Positions 51,773-64,000 of a stretch of 64,000 nt of DNA are shown here, in pieces. The stretch comes from Felis catus (lineage: Eukaryota), in NCBI RefSeq assembly GCF_018350175.1, contig NC_058368.1, forward strand, positions 44,270,001 through 44,334,000. The letters are read 5' to 3'. Below the pieces are notes generated by a model. That model had not been told where the DNA came from and made no database searches. It worked only from the letters and a program-made list of their open reading frames with translations. Each line of letters starts with the position of its first letter. The first letter of the stretch is position 1. The translations under genes were made by a program, and so were the position numbers.

Positions 51773-54723
51773 TATTTTTTTAAAGACCATTAAAGTACTG
51801 TAGGAAATAACAAGTGACTTTATATTTATACTGGAAGGGGAAAATGTTTCAACCTAAAAAGTCTAAGAAGCATTAAAAACAGACAGATGAATAAATTTGA
51901 TTATGTTAAAATTTTTAAAAATCTATGTCATGAAAATATAATAAGTAAAATAAAATTATAAACTATTAAATGGGAAAAATATATGTAGGTCATATAAAAA
52001 GTATATGAGGTCTCTTAGGAATCATAAGGAAAGACAACAATAGAAAAATTACAAAGTATATCATTATTCAGGACACATGAAGGGAATTAAAAAAGTTCCT
52101 TGAATATATAAAGGTATGTTCAACTGTACTCTTAAAAGAAATGTAAATTAAAATATAAGAAGTAAAATCTTTAATCTAACACTTTTGGCAAAGCTCTCCA
52201 AATTAGAAAACTCACACCTTCTGTGAGTCTATGAAGAAACAGATGTTATTATGTATTGTTTGTGCAAATTCCTACCACTTCAGAGTGATATGACATTGTA
52301 TATCAGATTCCAGATGCAATTACCTATTGACTGTGCAATCTGACTCTTGAGAATTTCCTGGGTATATATTTTGAAACTATAAAATAATATTTAAATAGTT
52401 GGGTTTCTTTTTGTTGTGTTTTGCTTTGTTGGATATTGGAATTATGGTCAGTGCAAAAAAACAGGAAACAAAGTGTCCCTAGTAGGATTCCAGACAAATA
52501 AAATATGGTACAATAATAAGCTATAAAGACATGCTCCTATAAAGACAGAGAATAAATGCCACTAAAAATAGGTTATAGGCCAATATTCCTAATGAATATA
52601 GATGCAAACATCCCCAACAAAATACTAGCAAACCAAATCCAAAAATACATTAAAAAATTAACCATGATCAAGTAGGATTTATTCCTTGGTTGCAAGGTTG
52701 GATCAGTATTCACAAATCAATCAATGCCATGCATAACTTACTAAAAGAAAAGATAAGAACGATATGATCATTTCAAATGATGCAGAAAAAGCATTTGAGA
52801 ACGTATAACATCTGTTCATGATAAAAACCCTCAACAAAGTAGGTTTAGAGGGAGCATACCTCAACACAATAACGGCCATATATGAAAAACCCACAGCTAA
52901 CGTCATCCTAAATGGGGAAAAACTGAGATCTTTCCACATCCTCACCTCCAAGTTCAGGAGCAAGACAAGGATGTGTACTCTCAACCACTTTTATTTAACA
53001 TAGTACTGGAAGTCCTAGTGGAAGCAATCAGACAACAAAAAGAAATAAAAGGCATCCAAATCAACAAGGAAAAAATCAAACTTTCACCCTCTGCAGATGA
53101 CATGATACTCTACATAGAAAACCCAAAAGACTCCACTAAAAAAAAAAAATTGCTACAACTGATAAATGAATTCAGTCAAGTCACAGGATACAAAATCAAC
53201 ATACAGAAATCTGTTTCACTTCTATACACCAATAATGAAGAAGCATAAGGAGAAATTGAGGAGTCAATCCCATTTACAGTTGAATCAAAAACAATAAGAC
53301 ATCTAGGAATAAACCTTACCAAAGAGGTGAAAGACCTGTATTCTGAGAACTATAAAACACTAATGAAAAAAATTGAAGGTGACACAAATATATGGAAAAA
53401 CATACTATGCTTATGGATTGAAAGAAAAAAATATTGTTAAAATGTCTATTCTACCCAAACAATCTACACATGTAATGCAATCCTTGTCAAAATACCAACA
53501 GCATTTTTCACAAAAGTAAAACAAACAATCCTGACATTTGTATGGAGCCACAAAAGACCTTGAATAGCCAAAGCAACCTTGAAAAAGAAAAGCAAAGCTG
53601 GAGGCATCACAATTCCAGACTTCAAGTTATATTACAAAGCTGTAGTGATCAAAACAGTAAGGTATTGTCACAAAAATAGACCCATACATGAAGAGAACAG
53701 AAAGGAAATCCAGAAATGAACCCCCAACTATGTGATCAATTAATCTTCAACAAAGCATAAAGAATATCCAATGGGAAAAAGACAGTCACTTCAACAAAGG
53801 GTGCTGGGCAATCTGGACAGCAACATGCAAAAGAATGAAACTGGACCACTTTCTTACACCACACACAAAAATAAATTCAAAATGGATGAAAGACCTAAAT
53901 GTGAGACCTGAAACCAAAAAATCCCACAAAAGAACACAGGCAGTAATTTCTTGGCAACTTTGTTTTAGATGTTTCCTGAGGCAAGGGAAACAGAAGCAAA
54001 AATATTGGGACTACATCAAAACAAAACAAAACAATAAAACAAAACAAAACAAGCAAACAAACTTCTGCACAGTGAAGGAAACAATCAACAAAAATGAAAG
54101 GCAACCTACTGAAGGGGAGAAGATATTTGAAAATGATAAATCTGATAAGGGTTAGTATCCAAAATCTATAAAGAGCTGATACAGCTGAACACTGAGAAGA
54201 CAAATAATTCAATTTAAAAAATGGGAAGAAGACATGAACAGATATTTCTCTAAAGAAGACATATAGTTGGCCAATAGACACATGAAATGATGTTCATCAT
54301 CACTTTTCATCAGGGAAATACCAATCAAAACTATAATGAGATATCATCTCACATTGTCAGGATGGCTAAAATCAACAACACAAGAAACAACAGGTGTTGG
54401 CAAGGATGTGATGAAAAGGAACCCGTCACGCACTCTTAGTGGGAATGCAAACTGGTAAATCCACTGTGGAAAACAGTATGGAGGTTTCTCAAAAAGTAAA
54501 ATAATAGAAGTACCCTATGTCCAGCAATCACAATACTGGGTATTTACCAAAATGATATAAAAATATTAACACAAAGGGATACATGCACTGTTTATAACAG
54601 CATTATATACTATAGCCAATATATGGAAGCAGCCCAAGTGTCCATTGATTGATGAATGAATAATGAACATGTGGCATAGGTATACAATGGAATATTATTC
54701 AGCCATAAAAAGGAATGAAATCT

Positions 54724-54946
54724 GGGTGACCGAGTGGCTCAGTTGGTTAAGCATCTGACTTTGGCTCAGGTCATGATTTCATGGTTCATGAGTTAGAGTC
54801 CTGTGTCAGTGTCTGTGCTGACAGTTTAGAGCCTGGAGCCTGCTTTGGATTCTGTGTCTCCCTCTTTCTCTACTCCTCCCCCACCCACCCCCACACGCTG
54901 TCTCTCTCTCTCTCTCACAAAAAAACATTTAAAAAATTAAAAGAAA
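54724..54946 (+). mobile_element. CAN-SINE (older) inserted in L1
   Basis: TSD gaatgaaatct before 54724 and at 55190-55200. Confidence 0.93.
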
Positions 54947-54947
54947 G

Positions 54948-55173
54948 GGGGCGCCTGGGTGGCGCAGTCGGTTGGGCGTCCGACTTCAGCCAGGTCACGA
55001 TCTCGCGGTCCGGGAGTTCGAGCCCCGCGTCAGGCTCTGGGCTGATGGCTCAGAGCCTGGAGCCTGTTTCCGATTCTGTGTCTCCCTCTCTCTCTGCCCC
55101 TCCCCTGTTCATGCTCTGTCTCTCTCTGTCCCCCCCCCAAAAAAATAAATAAACGTTGAAAGAAAAAATAAAA
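54948..55173 (+). mobile_element. Young SINEC_Fc inserted in the tail of the preceding SINE
   Basis: Perfect 17-bp TSD aaaaaattaaaagaaag at 54931-54947 and 55174-55190. Confidence 0.97.
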
Positions 55174-55332
55174 AAAAAATTAAAAGAAAGAATGAAATCT
55201 TGCCATTTGCAACAACATGGATGGGGCTAGAAAGTACAATGCTAAGCAATATAAGTCAGTCAGAGAAAGACAAATGACATGATTTCACTCATTTGTAAAA
55301 TTTAAGAAACAAAACAAAGGAGCAAAGGGGAA

Positions 55333-55358
55333 ATCTATCTATCTATCATCTATCTATC

Positions 55359-55395
<37 letters not shown>
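55333..55395. repeat. (TCTA)n tetranucleotide STR in the L1 3'UTR
   Basis: Seen directly. Confidence 0.95.
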
Positions 55396-55410
<15 letters not shown>

Positions 55411-56105
55411 ATCTAGGCAAACCAAGAAACAGACTCTAAACTATAGGGAACTATAGTGAACAAACTGATGGTTACCAGAAAGGAGGTGGGTGGTGGGGGA
55501 TGGGTTATGTGGGTGATGGGGATGAAGGAGTGCTCTTGTCCTCATGAGCACAGGATGATGTATGGAAGTGTCGAATCACTATATTGTAAACCTGCAACTA
55601 ATAACACTGCATGTTAACTAACTGGTATTAAAATAAAAACTTAAAAGCCAAAAAAATTACAGAAAAAGTAATCTGTCAAGTATTATAGAAGGATTACCAG
55701 GATTTATTAAGTAAAAAATAGCAGAGTATAAAACAGTGTATATAAATATTACATTTGTGTAAGAAAGTAAGAGTAAGAATTTATAAAAATATTTTATTAA
55801 ATTTGAATATATATAATCAGTAAAGATACACAAGAAACTGGAAATAGGTATTACTTGCTTACTGACCTAGGGGAAAGGTCAGAGTGGTTAGGTTTGGAAT
55901 AGTTGGACATTTCATAATGCAATTTAAAATATTATTTAGATTTTTGTACTATACAAATATAATTTCTATGTAAAAATGAAACTTAAAGATGAAATAAAAT
56001 AAAATTTAAAATAGAAAACATCAGATTGTTCTGATGCTCACTAGTATTTGAGAACCACTGACGGATTATTGAATTAGATAACCCACAAAGTCCTAAATAT
56101 CTAAA

Positions 56106-56315
56106 TTTTCTTTTTTAAAAAAGGTTCACTTATTTATTTTGAGAGAAAGAAAAGAGAGAAAGAGAGAGAGAGAGAAAGGGGCAGAGAGAGAGGGAGAGAA
56201 TCCTAATCAGGTTCCATGCTGTCAGCCTTGAGCTCAATCCCAAAAACTCTGAGATCATGACCAGACCAGAAATAAAGAGTCAGACACTAAACTGACTGAG
56301 CTACCCATGTGCCCC
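56106..56315 (-). mobile_element. CAN-SINE (older)
   Basis: T-tail, (GA)n and reverse head 'actgactgagctacccatgtgcccc'. Confidence 0.9.
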
Positions 56316-56365
56316 TAAATTTTATAATTTAATGCTTTTTCATGTCCTCATAAAAAAATATATGC

Positions 56366-56369
<4 letters not shown>

Positions 56370-56407
<38 letters not shown>

Positions 56408-56412
56408 ACACA
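56370..56412. repeat. (CA)n microsatellite
   Basis: Seen directly. Confidence 0.95.
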
Positions 56413-56838
56413 GTCTCACTCCTTTATAATATAAAAAGGACTTCAACATTTGTCAACTCATTTAATCTGCCCTGCCTTCCAGCTTCACCAATAATTGCAC
56501 ACTGCCTTCTCTTTGATTCCTTGTGTAATAACGAACAGTGAATTCTTACTCAAAAAGCGAAAGAAATACTCTATGTATCATCCATAATACAAATGTTTCA
56601 TTTGTCTAGTGCTTTAAATTTTACAAACTACTTTAACATTACCAGTCTAATTTGATCAACACTACAATTGCATTAGTCCTTCTTTCTATCTGACATAGAA
56701 AAAACTGATATTAGAGAATATATCCCCTCTGTGTGATATATTCTTCATCTGCATTTTTCTCCCATTTTTTAATTGCCTCTCTCTTATTGTAATCTTCTCA
56801 GAAAAACATCCCTGACATAATATCTAAAATAAAATATC

Positions 56839-57002
56839 AGAGCACCTGGGTGTTTCAGTCTTTAAGCATCAGACTCTTGATTTAAGCTTAGGTCATGATC
56901 TCAGGGTTGTGGGATCAAGCCCTGTGTCAGGCTCTGCAGTGAGTAAGGAACCTGCTTAAGATTCTCTCCCTCTACCCCTCAAAAACCCCTTCAAAAAAAA
57001 AG
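56839..57002 (+). mobile_element. CAN-SINE (old carnivore type)
   Basis: Head 'agagcacctgggtgtttcagtc'. TSD-like taaaat(a/g)aaata. Confidence 0.88.
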
Positions 57003-57682
57003 GTAAAATGAAATACTATTTTGTTCTCTATTTTTCATTTTCTTTGATAGATTTTCTAACTACCTTACATTTTATTCTATTATTTCTATTCTAATTTTGT
57101 TTAATCATCAATCTTCTCAACTAAACCACAGGGTACAAAGTCTTTACATGTTTAATTAACTACCTCATTCTCAGTGCTTGAAGAGTGAGTGCCTGGTTTA
57201 ATGAGAAAACAAATAAACAAAAAAATATGCCTTATCAATTAGTGAACATTTATATATTCAGTTTAAACATAATTCAAAAGTGAATAAATATTAGACACAT
57301 TTTCAGACCCTCACTGAAAGACCTTTAGTTCAAGCTTATTTGAATCCCATTTTAAGAAACCCCAAACAAACAGGAAAATCCTCCTATCTAAAAACCATGT
57401 GTTCACTGGTTTTATATATTTAATAACAATGTTCGTAAAATCTTATATTAGATTTCATTTATTTGGCAATATATTTTTATTGTATTGAATTAAATGAGCC
57501 TCTAAATACAATGTAACAATATCAACAGAAAATACTACATTTAAACACACACTACTCGTAACTTTTATCTAAAAACTAAGTCACAAGAGTCACTTTATGA
57601 TCTTTATTATTACGAAACTGTAAATATTTCTCCATACTTTAAAAGACTTTAGAACTTTTGAGAAGAATTTTTGATACACACA

Positions 57683-58095
57683 CAGTAGTCCCCCAGTGGA
57701 TGCCTGGAACCATGGATAGTACTGAATCCTATATATATATACTATGACTTCTCCTATGCACACTTATGATAAAGTTTAAGAATAGTAGGAGGTTAACCTC
57801 AATAACTAATAATAAAATAGGAAATCATAAAAATATTCTGTAATGAAAGTTATGTGTTGGTGGTGTCTCTTAAATATCTTATTGTGCTGTACTCAACCTT
57901 CTAGTGATGTGAGATGATAAAACTCCTACGGGATGAGATGAAGTGAGGTGAATGATGTAGGTACCATGACATGGCTAAGCTACTACTGACCTTTTGATAT
58001 ATGTCAGAAGGATTATGTACTTCCTGATTACAGCTGACTGGGTAAGTAAAATCACGGAAAGCGAAAGTGCAGATAATTGGCGGGGGTGGCTAATG
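57683..58095 (+). mobile_element. MER44-like (Tigger7-derived, TcMar-Tigger) DNA transposon
   Basis: Starts cagtagtccccc, contains 'cagtggatgcctggaaccatggatagtactgaa', and ends in a degenerate inverted terminus 'gggggtggctaatg'. Confidence 0.8.
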
Positions 58096-58253
58096 TGCTC
58101 TGTTTTTCACAAGTAAAGATGATGCTAAAGATGAAATGGTGGTGGGCAATTTATACGGAATTTTAAAATCTGCCTCCAAAGTATATATTCAATCAATTCT
58201 CAAGCCCCAAAATTATTGTATCCCTAGCTTTGCTGATGCTAAATAAGGAGCAT

Positions 58254-59261
58254 TGTGGTGGCCAGCCTACAAGATGGCTCATAATGATCCTGACCTCCAG
58301 GTATTTCGAGTCTTTTGTAATACAATTCCACCTTGCATCGGGTTGGTCTGTGTAACCAATAACATGGCAGAAGAGATGGTAAGTGACTTTAAAATTAGGT
58401 TATGACAAAGATTATTTGCTTGGCCAAACTTTAGTGAGGCTCCTGAAACTTCTCCTAGGCCAATCTGTGTACTCTTTTGTACAATCCAGGTACAGCAAGA
58501 ACTCTGCTAAGTCAGCTTAGCAAGAGCCAGTCCTCCTTCAAAACTTGATCAGCCTGGATATCTGATCAGTTTCCTCATCCTCCACCATCCCCAGGTGATA
58601 TCTACTCACCCTGGCCTGCTTTCACAAAGAATACTGTTAGGTTGGTTTAGCAAGCACCACCTTACCTGTGATGTTTCTTCTCAGCAATTTTCCACCCACT
58701 GACCCCCACCCTGCTTCTTGGCTATAAATTCCTACTTGGCCATCCTGTGGTTGGAATTGAGCCCAGTTCTTTATCAAGGTCTCTTTTTCCCTATTGCAGT
58801 AGTCCTGAATAAAATCTGTTTTTACTTCTTTAACTACTGTTCTGCTTTGTTTTTTCTCTGACAGTTATTAAAACAAAACAAAGAAACAAACAAAAACCCT
58901 GCAACTTTCACCTTGGAGAATCTGTAACTATAAAAAACCATGGCTTCTTCAGGATACACTCTCTTTCTGTCTCCATCTTGTACCCCTTGCAATAAGGGAA
59001 GCCATTTCATGAGAAGCCTTGTGATGCAAGGAACTGAAACTTCTCACCAACAGCCAAGTGAGTGAGAATGGAAAAGGAACTTTCAGCTAAACCAAATTCA
59101 AAGCAACAGCTCGCACTGACAACTTAACTATACTTCATGAAGGGCCCTAAGCTAGAACTACCAGGGCAAGTCACTCCCAAATTCCTGACCTTTAGAAACT
59201 ATGTAATATAATAAAGATTTGTTGTGAGTAATTTACAATGCAGCAATAGATAACTAATGTA
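58254..59261 (+). mobile_element. MaLR LTR (MLT1F-like), split by an ERV1 LTR
   Basis: 5' 'tgtggtggccagcctacaagatggctcataatgatcc' and 3' 'atgcagcaatagataactaat'. Confidence 0.8.
58403..58863 (+). mobile_element. ERV1 solo LTR (MER31-like)
   Basis: TGACAAAG...CTCTGACA termini, TATA 'gctataaat', AATAAA and perfect 4-bp TSD gtta. Confidence 0.85.
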
Positions 59262-59469
59262 GCCATATTTTTACAAGACAGCTGGCTAGGATGAAGAGTG
59301 TATTTGAAACAACAGAATAGAGTTTTCTCTGTAGGAATTTACCAGACCCTTATGGAAAGTCATATATGTGATCAGAGTCTCAGCACCAATGCTTTAAACA
59401 GACAAAGTAATTATATTGAGATATTGCAAATTTCATTGGTGATCTATTTATATAATAATAAGCTGTTTA

Positions 59470-59597
59470 AAGAAAAAATCCTAAATTTTATGGAAATATA
59501 AATACCCTGAATACCCAAAGAACTCTTGAGAAACAAGAATAAAGCTAGAGATAGCATACTTCCTGATTTCAAATTATATTACAAAAATAAAGTAATC
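59470..59597 (+). mobile_element. Old L1 ORF2 fragment (target of the younger L1)
   Basis: Translates [20 protein letters not shown], like L1 ORF2 [17 protein letters not shown]. Confidence 0.8.
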
Positions 59598-61298
59598 GGG
59601 AGGAGACAAGATGGCAGAACCGCATGGAAGTTTTTTCTGTGCTCACATCCATGCAATATAGCCAGACCAACACTAAACCATCCTGCACACCTAGAAAACA
59701 GACCTGAGGATTAACACAATCTGCACAACCTGAACCACAGAATTCAGCAGGTACACAGCACAGAGAGGTGAACTTGGGGAGAAAAGCTGCAATGGGCAGG
59801 GAGCTGCTTTTGTGGGTGGAGAGAGGACAGAGGCTGAGGGGAGAATACAGGAAAAGCACCCCTCCTCAAAAGCATCTGGAGAGAAAGTGGAAAATTGGAA
59901 ACAGCCACAGGAACTAAAACTAAAAAGGGAGAAAGGAGAAAGGAGAGGGTTTAAATTCCATTAAGACCATAAACAAGGGGAGCGCAAAGGCTGCAACTCT
60001 GCAGCTCCATACCTGGCAGTGCTCTGGTGAGAAAGGCAAATCCCCAGGAACAGAGTGGGGTCTGGGAGGTTCTCGGACCACACGGGGAAACAAGTTCCAC
60101 TGCTGGAAGGACATTTGGTAGAGACTGTTGAAGCCACCTGGTCCCAGCAGACCCCAGAGAACGGCCACATTTGCTGGTGCTGGAACAAGGTCCTTAAGGG
60201 TGAAGCCTGGTGCCAGATGTGTGTTGTGATTTTCCATAATCCCTGAGGTGCTGCTGCTACACTATCATGGGACTTTTTCTGGGGCAGGCTGGCACCTGGC
60301 CACAGTGTCGGGGCACGGGCAGCATCAGGGTCCAGCAAGTGTTCTTGGGTACAGCTAACATTTGGCCATTGCACAGTGAGACCCTCCCACAGAGGGGCAG
60401 AATGGGTCAAAGCCACAGACCTTCAGAATTAAGGGGCCAGGGAAGACAGCCGCATGTGAGACAAAACTCGGGAGAGAGGTACTGCCTGGGGCCTGGTCAC
60501 AGAGAGTGAAAAGGCGGGGAGTGGACGAAAGCTGAAAACAGAGGATGGGTGCAACACTGCTGATCGGGAAGAGCAGAGTTCTGATACTAGAGACTGGGTA
60601 GCTGGGTGATGCCATTTTCACCACTCCCATGCATATGCACCCACAAGTGCCACAACACTCCACCCCAGTAGGCTAGCAGCACCATCTAGTGGAGAACAGA
60701 GCTGTTACACTGAGACTCACCCAACTGGGCCAACCTCGCTCTTTAAGAACACAAGTCTCACCACCTGCTTAGTATATGGACTATAAAGCACTTCATAGTC
60801 TGACTTCTAGGGGATAACGAAGTAATTTCAGGACTATTTCAATCTGTTAGCAGGTACATCTATTCAATTTTCTTTCAGTAGCAGGTCCATCTATTCAATT
60901 TTCTTTCATTTTTTTTTTCACTTTTGTTGTTCTTGAATACAGAAAGAGAAAAAATTCATGTTTATCTTTAATTTTTATTAAAAATATTTTTCTTTAATTT
61001 TTTTTTCTATTATATTCTTTACTTTTCTGTAATTTTTCTCAAATTCAATTTTACTCCCATTTCATTTTAGTCTATTTCAGTGTATTCATTTTTTCAAGTT
61101 CCAAAATGATTTCCTTTTTTTCCCCCTTTTTTCTCTAACCTATCAAATCACTTTCAATACCCAGACCAAAACACACCTAGAATCTAGCATCATTTATTAG
61201 ATTTTGTGTGGGTGTGTGTTTTTCATTTTAATATTTTTTCATTTTATTTTTTTTAATTTTAACTTTTCTACCTCATTAATTCCTTTTCTCCCTTCAAA

Positions 61299-62178
61299 AT
61301 GACAAAATGAAAGAATCACTCCAAAAGAAAGAGCACGAAGTTGGTTGAGGGATTTAACCAACACAGATATAAGCAAGATGTCTGAACCAGAATTTAGAAT
61401 CACGATAATATGAATACTAGCTGGAGTCAAAAATAGATTAGAATCCCTTTCTGAAGAGATAAAAGAAGTAAAAACTAGTCAGGATGAAATAAAAAAATGC
61501 TATAACTGAGCTGCAATCATGAATGGATGCAGCGGCGGCAAGGATGGACGAGGCAGAACAGAGAATCAGCGATTTAGGGGTCAAACTTACAGAGAATAAT
61601 GAAGCAGAAAAAAAGAGGGAGAGTAAGGCAAAAGAGCACGATTTAAGAATTAGAGAAATCAGTGACTCATTAAAAAGGAACAATATCAGAATCATAGGGG
61701 TCCCAGAAGAGGAAGAAAGAGAAGTAGGGGTAGAAGGGGGGTTATGTGAGCAAATCACAGCGGAAATCTTTCTAACCTGGGGAAACACACAGACATCAAA
61801 GTCCAGGAAGCACAGAGGACCGACCCCATCAGATTCAACAAAAACTGACCATCAACAAGGCATATCATAGTCAAATTCACAAGATACTCAGACAAGGAGA
61901 GAATCATGAAAGCAGGAAAGGGAAAAAAAGTCCCTAACCTACAAGGGAAGACAGATCAGGTTTGCAGCAGACCTATCCACAGAAACTTGGCAGGCAAGAA
62001 AAGAGTGGCAGGATATATTCAATGTGCTGAATCAGAAAAATATGCAGCCAAGAATTCTTTATCCAGCAAGGCTGTCATTCAAAATAGAAGAAGAGATAAA
62101 AAGTTGCCCAAACAAAAATTAAAGGAGTTTGTGACCACTAAACCAGCCCTGCAAGAAATTTTAAGGGGGACTCTCTGA
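61299..62178 (+). pseudogene. L1 ORF1p, disrupted
   Basis: ATG ACA AAA TGA. Fragments ARMDEAEQRISD...KRNNIRIIGVPEEEE, ending ALQEILRGTL. Confidence 0.92.
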
Positions 62179-62519
62179 GGGGAGAAAACATGAAAATATA
62201 AATATATAAATAAGTAAATAAATAAATAAATAAATAAGAAAAGCAACAAAGATTAGAAAGGACCAGAGAACACCACCAGAAACTCAAACTACAAGCATCA
62301 TAATGGCAATAAATTCATATCTTTCAGTACTCACTCTAAACGTCAATGGACTCAAAGCTCCAAACAAAAGACACAGTGTAAAAGAATGGATAAGAAAACA
62401 AGATTCATCCATGCTGCTTAGAAGAGACCCACTTTAGACGTAAAGACACCTTCAGATTGAAAATAAGGGGATGGAGAACCATCTATCATGCTAATGGTCA
62501 ACAAAAGAAAGCTGGAGTA

Positions 62520-62685
62520 AGGGTGCCCGGGTGGCTCAGTCTGTTGAACGTCCGACTTCGATTCAGGTCATGATCTTGCACTTCGTGAGTTGAAGCTCCA
62601 CGTCAGGCTCTGTGCTGACAGCTCAGAGCCTGGAGCTTGCTTCAGATTCTGTGTCTCTCCATCTCTCAGCGCTTCCCCTGCTCAT

Positions 62686-62738
<53 letters not shown>

Positions 62739-62785
62739 AATGAATAAACATTAAAAAAATTTAAAAAACCTAATTCATAAAAAAA
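62520..62785 (+). mobile_element. CAN-SINE inside L1 ORF2
   Basis: Head and long (CT)n. Degenerate TSD gaaagctggagta / gaaacccagagca. Confidence 0.93.
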
Positions 62786-63366
62786 TGAAACCCAGAGCAG
62801 CCATACTTAGTCAATCTAGAATCTAAAATAAGGACTGTATCAAGAGATGCACTGTATCAAAATCAAGGGGTCTATCCCCCAAAAATACTTCAAAATGACA
62901 CACTGGACCAGATGGACTTAACAGATATATTCAGAACATTTCATCCTAAAGCAACAGAAGATACATTCTTCTCCAGAGCACATGGAATGTTCTCAAAAAT
63001 AGACCATATACTGGGACACAAATCAGCCCTAAGCAAGTACAAAAAGATTGAGATCATACTGTGCACATTTTCAGACCACAACTATGAAACTCAAAGTCAA
63101 TCACAAGAAAAATTTAGAAAGGTAACAAATACATGGAGACTGAAGAACATCCTACTAAAGAATGAATGGGATAACCAAGAAGTTAAGAAGAAATTAAAAA
63201 GTAAATGGAAGCCAATTAAAATGATAACACCACAACCCCAAACCACTGGGATGCAGCAAAGGTTGTCATAAGAGGAAAGTATATAGCAATCCAGACTTTA
63301 CTAAAGAAGGAAGATAGATCTAAGACACACAACCTAACCTTATGCCTTAAGAAATTGGAAAAAGAA

Positions 63367-63595
63367 GGGGGCGCCTGGGTGGCGCAGTCGGTTGGGCGTC
63401 CGGCTTCAGCCAGGTCACGATCTCGCGGTCCGGGAGTTCGAGCCCTGCGTCAGGCTCTGGGCTGATGGCTCAGAGCCTGGAGCCTGTTTCCGATTCTGTG
63501 TCTCCCTCTCTCTCTGCCCCTCCCCCGTTCATGCTCTGTCTCTCTCTGTCCCAAAAAAAAAAATAAATAAACGTTGAAAAAAAAATTTAAAAAAA
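63367..63595 (+). mobile_element. Young SINEC_Fc inside L1 ORF2
   Basis: TSD aagaa(at/gc)tggaaaaagaa. Confidence 0.97.
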
Positions 63596-64000
63596 AAGAA
63601 GCTGGAAAAAGAACAGCAAATAAAACCCAAACCCAGAAGAAGACAGGAAATAATAAAGATTAGAGCAGAAATTAATGCTATCAAAACCAAAACAAAACAA
63701 GTAGAACAGATCAATGAAACCAGAGCTGGTTCTTTGAAAGAATTAACAAAATTGATAAACCACCAGCCAGTTTGGTCAAAAAGAAAAAGGAAAGGACCCA
63801 AATACATAAAATGAAGAATGAAAGAGGAGAGATCACAACCAACACAGCAGAAATAAAAACAATAATAAAAGAGTATTATGAGCAATTATATGCCAATAAA
63901 ATGGGTAATCTGGAAGAAATGGACAAATTCCTAGAAACATATATACTACCAAAACTGACAGGAACAAATAGAAAATTTGAACAGACCCATAACCAGGAAG

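Larger units (their letters stand above)
52552..55640 (+). mobile_element. 5'-truncated carnivore L1 (ORF2 RT to 3'UTR), disrupted
   Basis: Fragments [29 protein letters not shown] and KLDHFLTPHTKINSKW, followed by 3'UTR and A-tail. Confidence 0.93.
59598..64000 (+). mobile_element. Second felid LINE-1 with complete 5' end, running past the window end
   Basis: Starts gggaggagacaagatggcag. Colinear with 25461-29970 over 5'UTR, ORF1 and the ORF2 endonuclease region. Confidence 0.96.
62303..64000 (+). pseudogene. L1 ORF2p N-terminal part, disrupted by two SINEs and a deletion
   Basis: ATG GCA ATA AAT at 62303 and MDLTDIFRTFHP...KIDHILGHK...FSDHN. Confidence 0.92.

Noticed and set aside
59526..59714. 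Chimeric ORF joining old L1 ORF2 to the new L1 5'UTR
   Set aside because: Non-ATG start and an incidental read-through across an insertion junction.

Overview
AT-rich, repeat-dominated mammalian genomic DNA from a felid. The assignment rests on about 20 tRNA-derived CAN-SINEs, several of the young cat SINEC_Fc type, and on felid-type LINE-1. I found no convincing host protein-coding exon, rRNA, tRNA or CRISPR feature; the window looks like a gene desert or very large intron. Main contents: (i) a near full-length, TSD-flanked but disabled L1 (25461-32661, +); (ii) a second full-length-type L1 of the same family that starts at 59598 and runs off the window end; (iii) a 5'-truncated older carnivore L1 (about 52552-55640) carrying two nested SINEs; (iv) three separate decayed ERVL proviral remnants, several solo LTRs, old L1M/L2/MIR fragments, DNA-transposon relics and microsatellites. 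The most interesting signals come from comparing the two related L1s. They share an apparently compensating frameshift pair in ORF1 and the same codon-4 stop. Both carry an antisense ATG ORF with strong Kozak context in the 5'UTR (ORF0-like candidate). They differ in copy number (3 vs 1) of a ~227-bp T-rich 5'UTR unit. Repeat subfamily names are recognised from memory of consensus sequences, not from a search, and old-repeat boundaries are approximate.
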